Source: Macrostomum lignano (lineage: Eukaryota). Taken from it: 30,560 nucleotides of DNA. Every line of letters starts with the position of its first letter. The stretch's first letter is position 1. The stretch is from the NCBI GenBank assembly GCA_002269645.1, contig NIVC01001179.1, forward strand, positions 1 through 30,560, given 5' to 3'. Below, one piece after another: positions 1 through 10,445 of this stretch. A model generated the notes under the pieces. That model did not search any database. It saw only the letters and a program-made list of their open reading frames with translations, and was not told the origin of the DNA. A program made the position numbers and the translations under genes.

Positions 1-295
1 AAATTGCCAAGAAAGTTGCATTCAAGCCAAGCCAAACCCCTTTTTTCACAGTCCATGAGTAATAGAACAGGAAAAGTGATTGAACTTATTTTCAAGTGCA
101 TTTTAACAATGCCCATTCCATGTTTATGTCTGTATGAACTGTTTTTAAAAACTTTGCGTCATTTTAGTACAGGGGTCGGCGAACTCCGGACGCGAAGCCT
201 CTGTATCCGCCTTCGGGTCCTTTGAAACTTCACCAACAAAAATCTAGCCCGCTTAAAGTTTGTGTCCCTTTTTACTCTATTCTCTCAAGTAATTT

Positions 296-370
296 CCTCT
301 CCTCTCCTCTCCTCTCCCTCTCTCCTCCCTCTCCTCTTTTTTCTCTGACCATCTCTTCTCTCCCCTCCTC
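296..370. repeat. CT-rich low-complexity tract
   Basis: Near-pure pyrimidine run built from CCTCT/CTC units. Confidence 0.7.
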
Positions 371-476
371 TGGCCCACTGTCATGCACTGGATTCTCCAT
401 CCGGCCCTTGAGGTAACAAAAGTTTGTCGACCCCAATTTTGAGTACTTGTCATGAAACAGTTATCCCAACTAGCAG

Positions 477-1161
477 GTTCCTGTGCAAAGCAGAAACCCC
501 GCTGCTCCCCAGGCCTGTGCAGCGCCAATCCGCTCGGGAGGGCAGCAGCGGCTGGCGCAGCTACCAGCTGAACCCGGGCCCCTACCAGCAGCGGCCCAGC
601 TCCAGCCGGCCCGCCTGGCTCAGCATCGCCTGCCGACGTGGCCGACTCTGCCTGCCGACGCCATCGGCGAGGTCTGGAGCATCGCGAGCCGGTCGCGCCG
701 GATTTCCGCCTGCTCGAGGGCGACGATGCCGGTTGCGACGCCTGCGCGGCCCGCCCGGCCTCCGACTCCGACGCCTGGCCGGCTGCCCAGCCTCTGACCG
801 GCTGTGGGCCACCGACGCCAGGGGCCAGGCGCACACCTGGCTGCCCGGCGGCTCTGACGTAAGCGCTGGCGCCTGGCGCCCAGTGCCGGTAGGCGGCGGC
901 GCCGAACCCGCTGCAACAGCTGCACCCCGAACTATCGTCGATCTGGCGATCTCTGGCGACCTCGCCGTCGCCTGCTGCGGCACGAGCGGCCGCGTGTTCG
1001 CCGCCGACGCTTCTTTAACTGACTCTGCTGCCGCTGCCACCGCCTCGACTGCCGGCCTGTGGCGCCCCATCGGCTGTCACGGTCGCCACGTGGTCTCCGT
1101 GAGCATCGGCGTGCAGGGAATTGCGGTGGCCGATGGCAGCGGCCGACTGTACCGGCTTGTG
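477..1161 (+). CDS. TECPR2: Penultimate exon of a TECPR2-like tectonin beta-propeller protein (needs three 1-nt corrections)
   Basis: Acceptor ctagcag|G at 476/477 and donor GTG|gtgaga at 1161/1162 (phase 0). Corrected translation has tectonin-like repeats: AWLSIACRRGRLCLADAIGEVW, LRRLAGCPASDRLWATDARGQAH, IVDLAISGDLAVACCGTSGRVF and VVSVSIGVQGIAVADGSGRLYRL. Family call is by motif recognition, not a database search. Confidence 0.62.
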
Positions 1162-1582
1162 GTGAGAGAGAAAGAGAAGCCTACTTTTGCACTTGCATGT
1201 TTGACGTTCTTTGCGTTGGTTTTTGTCTCCATTGGGGCGTTTCTATTGGAGGTCGTGTCTGAAAGTTATGACAAATGGGGGCGCCTCGATTCTGGAAGAA
1301 TATTTTTGTGCATACACACATAACCGCTCCACTCGCCCGTTGTGTCGTGACTAACTAAGAATTATTATTTCTATTATCTGAGTGTTTTTAAACGATTTCG
1401 TACTTTCCTATATTTCTACTATCAGTAGAGTTAAAGTATCTTATAAAAGTTCATTATTTTTAAATATAATGCATGCAATATTCTGCCATCTCTACTGCAA
1501 GTAAAGTATGATGAGAATGCTTTTTATTGTCAGTTGTTGCATTCGTGTATCTTAAACGGCATTCATGCACAAATCGTTGCAG

Positions 1583-1699
1583 GGCCAGGAAACTCTGATG
1601 CCAGGAGGCTCTGATGATGAAGCCAGCTTGGAATCTGGTAGCAGCATCAGTAGCGACAGCAGCGACTCAGAAAGCGATGGTGACTGGCAGCTGGTGTGA
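1583..1699 (+). CDS. TECPR2: Terminal exon of the TECPR2-like gene with a C-terminal LIR motif
   Basis: Acceptor ttgcag|GGC at 1582/1583, phase 0, matches the donor at 1162. Encodes GQETLMPGGSDDEASLESGSSISSDSSDSESDGDWQLV* (TGA 1697-1699). An acidic run plus W-x-x-V at the extreme C-terminus mirrors the terminal LIR of human TECPR2 (EDEWEVI*). Confidence 0.68.
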   Translation, partial: GQETLMPGGSDDEASLESGSSISSDSSDSESDGDWQLV

Positions 1700-2120
1700 A
1701 ATCCGGCACGGGTGAAGGCCATTGTATTAGCTAAGGGCAATATCATCTTTTTGTTAAAACTTAGGGCTCTTTTTAAAAAAATTGTTTGCAATTTTTATGA
1801 AATTTTTGTAGCCAAAAGCCTCAAGGGATGCCAAATTTTTTACAGCTTTTTGAAGGCAAACCTGCACTCTTTTACCGATTGGATATTACAAGTTTAAAGT
1901 TTATTTCGGTATCAAGCTGTAGGATTTTTTTATGTACATTGCTTATGTACATCGCTGTACATTGTAGCTTAAACATTAAATTAGCCTTCCAGTGACATAT
2001 GTTATGAAGTCAGTAGTCCAAGTTTTGTAATATTATTCCATTAGTTTAGCTATTCTTCTGCTTCAGGTGCTTGTAGAGGAAGCGCAACTATCGACTGACG
2101 CAATTTTGACTGCAGACGGT

Positions 2121-2947
2121 GTTTAGGTTAGGGTTTAAGTTAGGGCTTAGGCTAGCGTTTAGGTTAAGGTTTGACTTACGGTTTATGCTATGGTTTAGGT
2201 TAGGGTTTAACTTACGGTTTATGTTATGGTTTAGGTTAGGGTTTAACTTACGGTTTATGCTATGGTTTAGGTTAGGGTTTAACTTACGGTTTATGCTATG
2301 GTTTAGGTTAGGGTTTAACTTACGGTTTATGCTATGGTTTAGGTTAGGGTTTAACTTACGGTTTATGCTATGGTTTAGGTTAGGGTTTAGGCTAGGGTTT
2401 AAATTAGGGCTTAGGTTAGGGTTTAGGCTAGGGTTTAGGTTTGGGTTTGGGTTAGGGTTTGGGTTAGGGTTTAGGCTAGGGTTTGGGTTAGGGTTTGGGC
2501 TAGGGTTTAGGTTAGGGTTTAGGCTAGGGTTTGGGTTAGGGTTTAGGCTAGGGTTTAGGTTAGGGTTTGGGTTAGGGTTTAGGCTGGGGTTTAGGTTAGG
2601 GTTTAGGTCAAATTCAGGTCGGGTTTAGGTTAGGTCTAAGTTAGAGTTTAGGTTAGGGTTTAGGTCAAATTCAGGTCAGGTTTAGGTTACGTTTAGGTTA
2701 GAGATTAGGTTGGGGTTTAGGTTAGGGTTTAGGTTAGGGTTTTAGGTTACGGTTTAGGTTATGGTTTAGGTTACGGTTTAGGTTATGGTTTAGGTTAAGG
2801 TTTAGGTTAAGGTTTCGGTCATGTTCAGGTCAGGTTTAGGTTAGGTTTAAGTTAGTGTTTAGGTTAGGATTAGGTTAGGGTTTAGGTCAAGTTCGGGTCA
2901 GGTTTAGGTTTGATTTAAGTTAGAGTTTAGGTTAAGTTTAGGTTAGG
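2121..2947 (+). repeat. Interstitial telomere-like array (TTAGGG/TTTAGG variants) with a 36-bp higher-order block
   Basis: Six 36-bp units TGGTTTAGGTTAGGGTTTAACTTACGGTTTATGCTA (CTTACGG at 2175, 2211, 2247, 2283, 2319, 2355), then a 12-bp GGGTTTAGGTTA-type repeat that degenerates towards 2947. Confidence 0.9.
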
Positions 2948-3479
2948 TAATTGGCAGTCAATTCGCGGCAGTCAAATGACAGTGAATTTATCGGTGAGTC
3001 AATTGTCGCTGACCCACGCATATGTAGTAAATATATAAACTCTAGTATTATAAACGATCATGGCTAACAGGATGTATTTGCCTCTCAGATCAGCATATGT
3101 ACGTATTTGTTATCCTTCGTCTTATCATTTGTAAATATAACCATCGTTTATATAGAATACTTACTTGTGCTATTCATGCAGTCCACATACTTGTAAGCTT
3201 AATGATCGGTACTAAGCCAGAAAAGACAGGTGTCCATGGGTAAACATGACATACCTGTACGTCCATCATTCTGTTTGTAGTGCTTATTATAGCATCTAGT
3301 TTTACTCCACCTCTACACTTTCCATGCCTCATTGTAACTGTACATATCGCGGTCCTTAAAACTTATACGTGTATATGTAATTTACTGTAGATAGATATAT
3401 GCATAACTACAGCATGTATCTGATATATGCGGCGACAGAATGCGACCTCTATGGCGACCCCCCTCAGGGAGTACGCTTG

Positions 3480-4235
3480 CCCTGGTGCTTGACTGAGTGC
3501 TGCAGACCGCTATTCTTTCAACGACGACTGCTTCCTGCTGCAGCGACGCATGCATGGGTTTGATGCCAACCAGATAGGCGGCTCATCAGCGTGCTTGCTA
3601 GCCGACGATCTCGTACCTATCTGCTGTCCTCACGACCGTCGGGGGCGCCCAGCTCCCAGCTGGACCGGCTGGTGAGCGTTGTGGTACGGTGAGTGTCGGC
3701 CTGATGGTCAACACAAACGAAAACCGTCTTGCTCTGTGGGCCAGACGACATCGAGACTGCATACAACTGCCGAGGCGGTGATGGTGACGAATTGCTTCCA
3801 CACTGTCTGCACTTCCTCCTTTTTCTGGAGCCTGACGTTCACGAGGATCTGCGAAGTCGCCGCGTACTTGCCTGAGCTGTCTTCCGTTGTGCTGCGAGGG
3901 CTGTCCTGCCAGTCCGAGGCCCTTTGCAGTTGCCTGACCGCAGAGAGGGCGCCCCGCTGTTTCAGGCAGAGATCGAGATCTTTTATTGTACAATGCCGAG
4001 ACCTGGAACTTGACAGAGTCGTTCGAACAGCAGGTCGATGCGACACACGCTGGCCTGCTGCATGCGCGTCACACTCAAGATCGGCTACCAGTGTGTCACC
4101 AATGCGGCACTCTGCAGATGTATATCGGCGCACCGGCCTGTCGGATCCCGTCTCAGCGAACTGTTGCGCCGTCAGCGACTCCAGCTGGCAGGCTACATCA
4201 TCCGAGTCGAGTTTTACTGCCCGCAAACGAGAAGC
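3480..4235 (+). mobile_element. Degenerate RTE-clade non-LTR retrotransposon fragment (RT motif 5 to post-RT region)
   Basis: Frameshifted, stop-containing translation gives VLD*VLQTA, NDDCFLLQRR, ADDL (3601-3612), QLDRLV, VGLMVNT, PDDIE, HEDLRSRR, LLYNAETWNLTESFEQQVDATHAGLL and LSELLRRQRLQLAGYIIRVEFYCPQ. LLYxxETW..L and RRL.LAG are typical of RTE-like ORF2. Confidence 0.8.
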
Positions 4236-4904
4236 CGCAAAAGATTCAAGTGGCATTGGAGTTAGAAATGCAGATGCAGTGTGTATTAAAACGCAGGTGG
4301 CGAAGTTACCATGAACATTATTTTTAGTTATTCTGGTTAATATTATTATAGAAATATAATTTTCAAACAAAAAGATTTGTTAAATAATTTTTGTTCTGTG
4401 CGATAAAAAATATGTATATAACTTTGTTAAGCTGTAATAATTTTAAACTCTTTTTAATACATTTTACGCTGCATAAACAATTCCGACATTCTGCTCACTG
4501 ATCGATGTTATCTGATCAGAACTCGGTTGTATGTAGACCTAGGCCATAGTTATAGCTCATGCTTGACTTAAGGGCCTTAGAATATCATTCTTTTGTTTGC
4601 ATAAATGATAGATGTATGTTTATTAAATTGCTTTGTAGTTTTTTGCTAGTGTCTCTTCACGTGTTCACTATAAATATACCATGCGCTTTGCAGACTACAG
4701 CTCACTCATCCTTTAACTATACTTTTATTTCAATTGGAATTCATAGCGCTTTAGCTGCAGAACTGCTGCGTTTATTTATTCAGTGTTAATTTCGCAGTTG
4801 TTAAGTTTCCAAACCCCTTAATGTTTTTGTATGTTCTATCAAAATGTTTATTTCATTTTAATTCAGTAGTTGAATTAAAGCTGTTGTAGCAGTTGTTAAG
4901 GGGG

Positions 4905-4975
4905 TGAATTCTAGAGGGTAAAGACCCAAGGGGCAGATTTTGGAGGGTAAAGATGCAAGGGGGATATAGAGGGTG
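4905..4975 (+). repeat. Short copy of the about 30-bp AGATTCTGGAAGGTAAAGACCCAAGGGG-type repeat
   Basis: Two to three units matching the internal repeat of the element at 6046-7336. Confidence 0.6.
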
Positions 4976-5459
4976 GTTTTGTATTTTGGCAAAAATTCAT
5001 TTGGTCCCATTATCTTACCTTTAATTTTTTTGTCTCTGCCTAAACCTTAAGAGTAAGTCAAAAAGGAGGCAACTACCTTACCCCCTGCTCCTTTTTATAC
5101 CACTGTTTCAATTAAACTTGTCAATAACTAATTAGTGCTTATATTCAATTTAGGTAGGGAGGCCTATTTATATTATATTAGGCCTATTAACATTTAGCTA
5201 GAAGACTTTTCTAATTTAAGTACAATTTTTTTTTAAAAATAGGGGCTCATATATTTACTTTTATTTAAGAAGCATTTTATTATAAAAACATATACATTTG
5301 TTATTCAGCAATATATTAAATTTAAAGTATAAAATAATAGTTTAAAATATGTACCATGATTTTTTCATTGTAATTTTATTTATAAAAATTAAACATTAAA
5401 TAAAAAGGTAAAATAAAGCTCAATAGGATTGTCTCTGAGATGCAAGCTTTGCTAATACA

Positions 5460-5872
5460 CCAGGATGGAATCTTTGCATGACAAGTTTGGAACAAAAAGT
5501 TGCGCACAATTTTTTGCGCAAGTTTTTATACCCATAAATGCGCAAGTTTTCAGCCACTTGAATTTTTTAACTACTTTTTTATGATGTTTTATTAAAGTTT
5601 AAATAAATCCTTAAAAATTAATAAATTTATTTTTCAGTTTGATGTAGTTCCCGGTAGCTTTGTTTTTAAAGTTATAATGACTTTGTTCTACTGTAACACA
5701 TGCAATATTCAAACTTTCAATGAAATTATACATGATTTCTAAGAATATTAAGCTGCGCACATGTAAGCTTTTTAAAGTTGCTCAAGTTCGCTAGAAATGT
5801 GCGCGCATGTGCGCAAGTTTTTGTTAGCGCGCACAGAACGCGTCTAGGATTTTGTACAAAATTCCATCCTGG
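5460..5872. mobile_element. MITE (413 bp) with TIRs and a perfect 8-bp TSD
   Basis: TIR CCAGGATGGAAT (5460-5471) / ATTCCATCCTGG (5861-5872). CTAATACA flanks both sides (5452-5459, 5873-5880). Internal GCGCAAGTT-type motifs near both ends. An 8-bp TSD fits hAT but is not exclusive to it. Confidence 0.88.
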
Positions 5873-6045
5873 CTAATACATTAATTATTTTGCCATTTTT
5901 ATATATATAAGTTTGCAATTAATTTGTTTTAATGTCTTTTTTACAATAATTTTATCAATATTAGTCCACTTCAATAATAGCCATTTTAATAATAAATGAT
6001 GACCAATTTGGTAATAGCCACTTTCATAAACAAGTAAAAATATAT

Positions 6046-7336
6046 CAGAGGTTGGCAACCTTTAGTCTATAGGCCAGATCTGGCCTGCAAAGACTTTCTA
6101 TGTGGCCTGCAAACTTTCTTAATCTTAATTATTATAATCAAGCTTGCACCTTAATTGTAACTTTATTGTTTTCTTTACAAAAGTTTTGTGCACTAAAATG
6201 GGGTACTTCTTTCCTCAATTGCCAACTTTAATAACAAATTAATAATAAGATATGATTTGACTGTATAAGTGGTTATTTTCAAGCTCTAAATAGATAGTAT
6301 ATCAGTTCAAACTTTTGAATAGATTATAAATATAGGAACTGAGGGCTAAAGAAAGTGGGGTAGTAGAGAAAATATAAATATAGTAATGTAGTAAGGATGC
6401 AAGGGCAGATTCTAGAGGGTAAATAATTAGGGAAAATGGATTCTGGAAGGTAAAGACCCAAGGGTAGATTTTGGAAAGTAAAGACCTAAGGAGGGGGGGG
6501 GCAAATTCTAGAGAGTAAAGACCCATGGGGTAGATATTGGAAGGTAAAGAACCAAAGGAGGCAGATTCTGGAAAATAAAGACCCAAGAAGAGGGAGGTGA
6601 TACTGGAAGGTAAAGACCCAGGGGCATACATGCGCAACCCCTCTGATTTACACTGGCCATGCGACTTACTTTTTGACCAAAAATGCAACTTACCTGTAAA
6701 AGAAACCCTAACGCAATTTTGGGTAAACAGCAGGAGTAACTATGACTGTCTTATGAGGTATAAATGCCTCGTCATCTAATTAGTACTATGTCTGTATTCT
6801 TTAGGCTGGGGATTTTCGCGACTTACCCCTGGTCCACCACAAATTACGGTGGCCAGATCGGCCAGGTTGGCCAGCAGTTGCGCATGTATGCCTAGGGGGC
6901 AGATATTGGAGGGTAAAGAACCAAGGGAGGCAGATTTTGGAAAATAAAGACCCAAGGAGGGGGGTAGATTCTGGAAAGTAAAGACCCAAGGGAAGGATTC
7001 CTGGAAGGTAAAAACCTAGGGAGGGGGCAGATATTAAAGGGTAAAGATCTAAAGGGGCAGATACTGGAAAGTAAAGATCCAAGGGAAGGATTCTGGAAGG
7101 TAAAGACCCAGGAAGGTAGATACTAGAGGGTAAAGACCCAGGGAGCACATTCTGGAAGATAAACACCCAGGTTGGGAGGTAGATTCTAGAGGGTAAAAGA
7201 CCCAGGGGGGGGGGCAGATTCTAGAGGGTAAAGAAAGACCCAGGGGGAAAGGAAAGTAATTGGGGGTAACCAGTGGCCTGTGGTCTTGAACTAAAAACCT
7301 GATATGGCCCTCAAATGGAAAAGTTGCCAACTCCTA
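6046..7336. mobile_element. Non-autonomous hAT-type DNA transposon with internal 28-37-bp tandem repeats
   Basis: Left end CAGAGGTTGGCAAC, right end GTTGCCAACTCCTA. 8-bp flanks AAATATAT (6038-6045) / AAATATGT (7337-7344), 7/8 match. Subterminal GGCC motifs and internal TAAAGACCC-containing repeats at about 6395-6620 and 6895-7250. No transposase ORF. Confidence 0.78.
6623..6892. mobile_element. Nested MITE (270 bp) inside the hAT-type element
   Basis: Perfect 16-bp TIR GGCATACATGCGCAAC (6623-6638) / GTTGCGCATGTATGCC (6877-6892) interrupts the host repeat. TSD is ambiguous (CAGG/TAGG). Confidence 0.8.
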
Positions 7337-8452
7337 AAATATGTAAAATATGTAATAGAAAATAATTGCACTATAGATTATATTAATATATTCATTGATA
7401 TGTACAAAAAGATTTTGTAAACTAACTTCAAGATTTGGATTGATATAAAAAAGAAAACTATATATGCCAACCCATATTTTAAGCTATACATATAGTTTTT
7501 TATTTCTGATGTGCCAGGCCAGATGAATATACAAGCTAAGACATCTTGTCAACCAAATATTGTGTAGATTAGAATCTCTGAGTTAGTGACTTGACTTTAT
7601 AGAATCTACTTTTTACTTCATTGACATTAATTATATTTACTTACTTCAATTTTTTTTATATGTAATGTAATTAGCCAAATTTTAATTTTTTACACAGTAA
7701 GTGCACAAATAAAAAATGTTTTTACAGTTTCACTAGAAAATTAAACCATAATTGGCAATAAAAAGTTAGTGTTAATTATTAAACTAATAGTTGCAAATGT
7801 TAATTACCATAAAGATACAGTGTTGGTAGTTGTAAATCTGCTTTGTTACCAAAGTGGCTATTAACAGTGGTTGGTCATTTAAATTTGTTATAATTTTTGA
7901 CAAAATGAACTTATAATCTTAAATGAAGGTCCATATCTTGAGATTAAAAAATTAAATTTTTGTTTCCACTATTTCAAAAGTAACCAAGCTTAAAGTTTTT
8001 GTCAAGTTTTAATAAAAATTTGTTCCCCTATCTATTTTTAGCAATTTCATTGTATATTCTATGAAGTTAATATTCAGCTAGATATATTATACTATTATAG
8101 CAACTTGAATATGTTAATTACTTCTAAAAACGCATAGAATTTTTTTTATATTCCACAGTCTCAATTAGAAGAAATTTTCAACCAAATCTATTAGAAATTG
8201 CTACTTTCTAATCTTGAAGTATATGCTTTCATGTAAATTAACATAGGAAACTGCAGCATTGCTTAATGGTCAACTTTTCTTTGAACTTTTCTTTCTTTTC
8301 TTTGCTATACTATTCTCAAAACTTGAGAAATTTCTCAATGAGCAACTTTCTAAGTCGTGCATAAATGAAAATATAACGAAGTGCTGTAACTGTCATTCTA
8401 TTTCATTTGTCTATAATATATCATTCTGTTTCTTTTTTCAATCGCATGCAAG

Positions 8453-9016
8453 ATGCCGAATAACAAGGCAAAGGCAGCGAAGGGAAAGAAGAAGGTGGCG
8501 GCCGCGCCCGCCATCGTTAAGAAGGCCGTCGAGAAGAAAGTCTCGAACCCTTTGATTCAAAGCCGGCCTAAGAATTTCGCCATTGGCCAGGACATTCAGC
8601 CGAAGCGCGATCTCGGCCGCTTCTGCATGTGGCCCCGCTACATCCGAGTCCAGCGGCAGCGCAGCGTGCTCATGAAGCGCCTGAAGGTGCCGCCGGCCAT
8701 CAACCAGTTCAGCACCGCACTGGACAAGCCGGCCGCCGCCCAGGTGTTCCGCATCCTGGAGAAATACAAGCCCGAGACTAAGCTCCAAAAGAAAGAGCGA
8801 CTGAGGCAGCGCGCCGAGCAGCGGGCCGCCGGCCAGGCTGACGAGCCAACCAAACGTCCCAACACCATCCGCTTCGGTATTAACAACGTTACCTCGCTGA
8901 TCAAGCGCAAGAAGGCTCAGATGGTAGTCATTGCGCACGATGTTGATCCCATCGAGATTGTGCTGTACCTGCCAGCTCTCTGCCGAAAGATGGACGTGCC
9001 GTATGCGATTGTCAAG
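8453..9016 (+). CDS. RPL7A: 60S ribosomal protein L7a (eL8), coding exon 1
   Basis: [99 protein letters not shown] is the eL8 signature. Donor AAG|gtaaat at 9016/9017, 188 codons. Confidence 0.97.
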
Positions 9017-9413
9017 GTAAATCCTTACTACCCTGACTTTGCAGTGTCGCATACATTCTGAAAGAACCTAGAAGTTTTGCACCTTTTTCCGTTCCGTTTC
9101 AACTAATCTGCAGTACAATTTAGGCAACTCGACATTCATTTTTGACAATCTATTTCTATACTTTCAGTCGGACTTTCAAATTAGACAAGGCAAACTTTAA
9201 TTTAGACATCAGATAATCGTTTTAGACAGCGGATATTCAATTTAGACACATCTGAGCCCTTCAGACCTTTGCTTCCTGTCACCTCTGCTTCTGACCTCTT
9301 CGCTTACATGTACATGTACATTCTGTAGCAATTAGATGCAACAAGCTTTCTGTTTTTGCCATACTATTCATTCATCATGCCTAATAATCGTTTCCCTGCC
9401 CCGGACACTGCAG

Positions 9414-9659
9414 GGCAAGGCTCGCCTTGGCGCCGTCGTCGGCATGAAGACCTGCGCCGTGATGGCCGTGGCCGGTGTCAACCCAGAGGACAGGTCGGCC
9501 CTGTCCAAAGTGGTCGAGACCTGCCGCAACAATTTCAATAGCCGCGGCGACGAGCTCCGCAAGCACTGGGGCGGCGGCATCATGGGGGCTAAGAGCCAAG
9601 CTCGGGCTCACAAGATTGAGAAGGCTAGCCAGCGGGAGCTGCAGCTGCAGCTGGGCTAA
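9414..9659 (+). CDS. RPL7A: 60S ribosomal protein L7a (eL8), coding exon 2
   Basis: Acceptor ctgcag|GGC at 9413/9414, phase 0. GKARLGAVVGMKTCAV..NNFNSRGDELRKHWGGGIMGAKSQAR..* (TAA ends 9659). Spliced product is 269 aa. Confidence 0.96.
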   Translation, partial: GKARLGAVVGMKTCAVMAVAGVNPEDRSALSKVVETCRNNFNSRGDELRKHWGGGIMGAKSQARAHKIEKASQRELQLQLG

Positions 9660-10280
9660 GCTGCTGACGCTGTGTGACCGTTTTGAAAGACTAAAGCTAA
9701 GACAAAACTATTCTGTGTTTGTAGTGCTAGCGTTTTGGTGGAGTAAACTTGGTTATTCGGTATAGAGTGAACTTCGGTTTAAGACAATTAGCCACCAATT
9801 GTGTCTGATGGAATTTTCGTTGGCTTATCTAGTCTTTAACTCGTGTTAGTTTTTTCTTCTCGAAATGAAATCCGACAGTCCGGTGGGTTTATTGTCATCG
9901 TTGGGATAGCAGCTGAATAACATGGCTTTTGCAATAACACTGTGGCAATTGTACTTGTTGGTATAAAGCGGGAAATAACACTACAGTTGCGAGCGTACAC
10001 TGGCATGCGGTAAATGCGGCCAATGTTTGTTTTCTCTGGCTTGACGCGCGTGTGTACAAATAAGTATTCTCAAATATGCAGCTTATATAGTGGACGAACT
10101 TTGTTAGGGGATAATTTTCATTGTGCATTCACTTGAACAAGACAAATAAAGTCCAATCTAATATTTCAGAGGTACAGTAGCAGGGAAACAGCCATTTAGA
10201 CTGCTATTGTGGCACTGTTGCGGGCGCGAACTTGTTTGTCTGTTAGATGTTTAAAACCAGCCGTATAATAGCGTTGTATT

Positions 10281-10423
10281 TTATAAAAGCAACTGAGCCA
10301 GCAGCGGGCCCGCTGTCAAAATCAATAGTTCCGCAATTTGTGCAGCTGTTGGAGTCGCCGCTGAGCTGCCATCGTCGGTAGAGGCTTTGACCTGATCGTC
10401 CTGCTGAGACAGCTGAATTACAC
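10281..10423 (-). CDS. CUB gene exon 10 (terminal): GPI-signal-like tail
   Basis: Acceptor cttgcag|GT at 10424/10423, phase 1, matches the exon 9 donor. Encodes (G)VIQLSQQDDQVKASTDDGSSAATPTAAQIAELLILTAGPLLAQLLL* (TAA 10283-10281). Confidence 0.72.
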
Positions 10424-10445
10424 CTGCAAGATGGTGTTAATAGGG

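Noticed and set aside
170-184. hAT-like terminus CAGGGGTCGGCGAAC (similar at about 20819 and 24301)
   Set aside because: No matching opposite end or TSD found in the window.
371-412. Upstream TECPR2-like exon ending at AG|gtaaca (412/413)
   Set aside because: A donor exists, but no AG acceptor follows the pyrimidine tract and the peptide is uninformative.
2121-2947. True telomere or chromosome end
   Set aside because: Internal, degenerate, has 36-bp higher-order units and unique sequence on both sides.
8438-9052. Antisense ORFs over GC-rich exons (also 277-834, 582-1070, 3708-4370 and 18154-18534)
   Set aside because: Shadow frames of real coding or LINE sequence with no independent motifs.
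9017-9413. Intronic box C/D snoRNA, as hosted by vertebrate RPL7A introns
   Set aside because: No RTGATGA C-box found by eye. An H/ACA RNA cannot be excluded without a covariance search.
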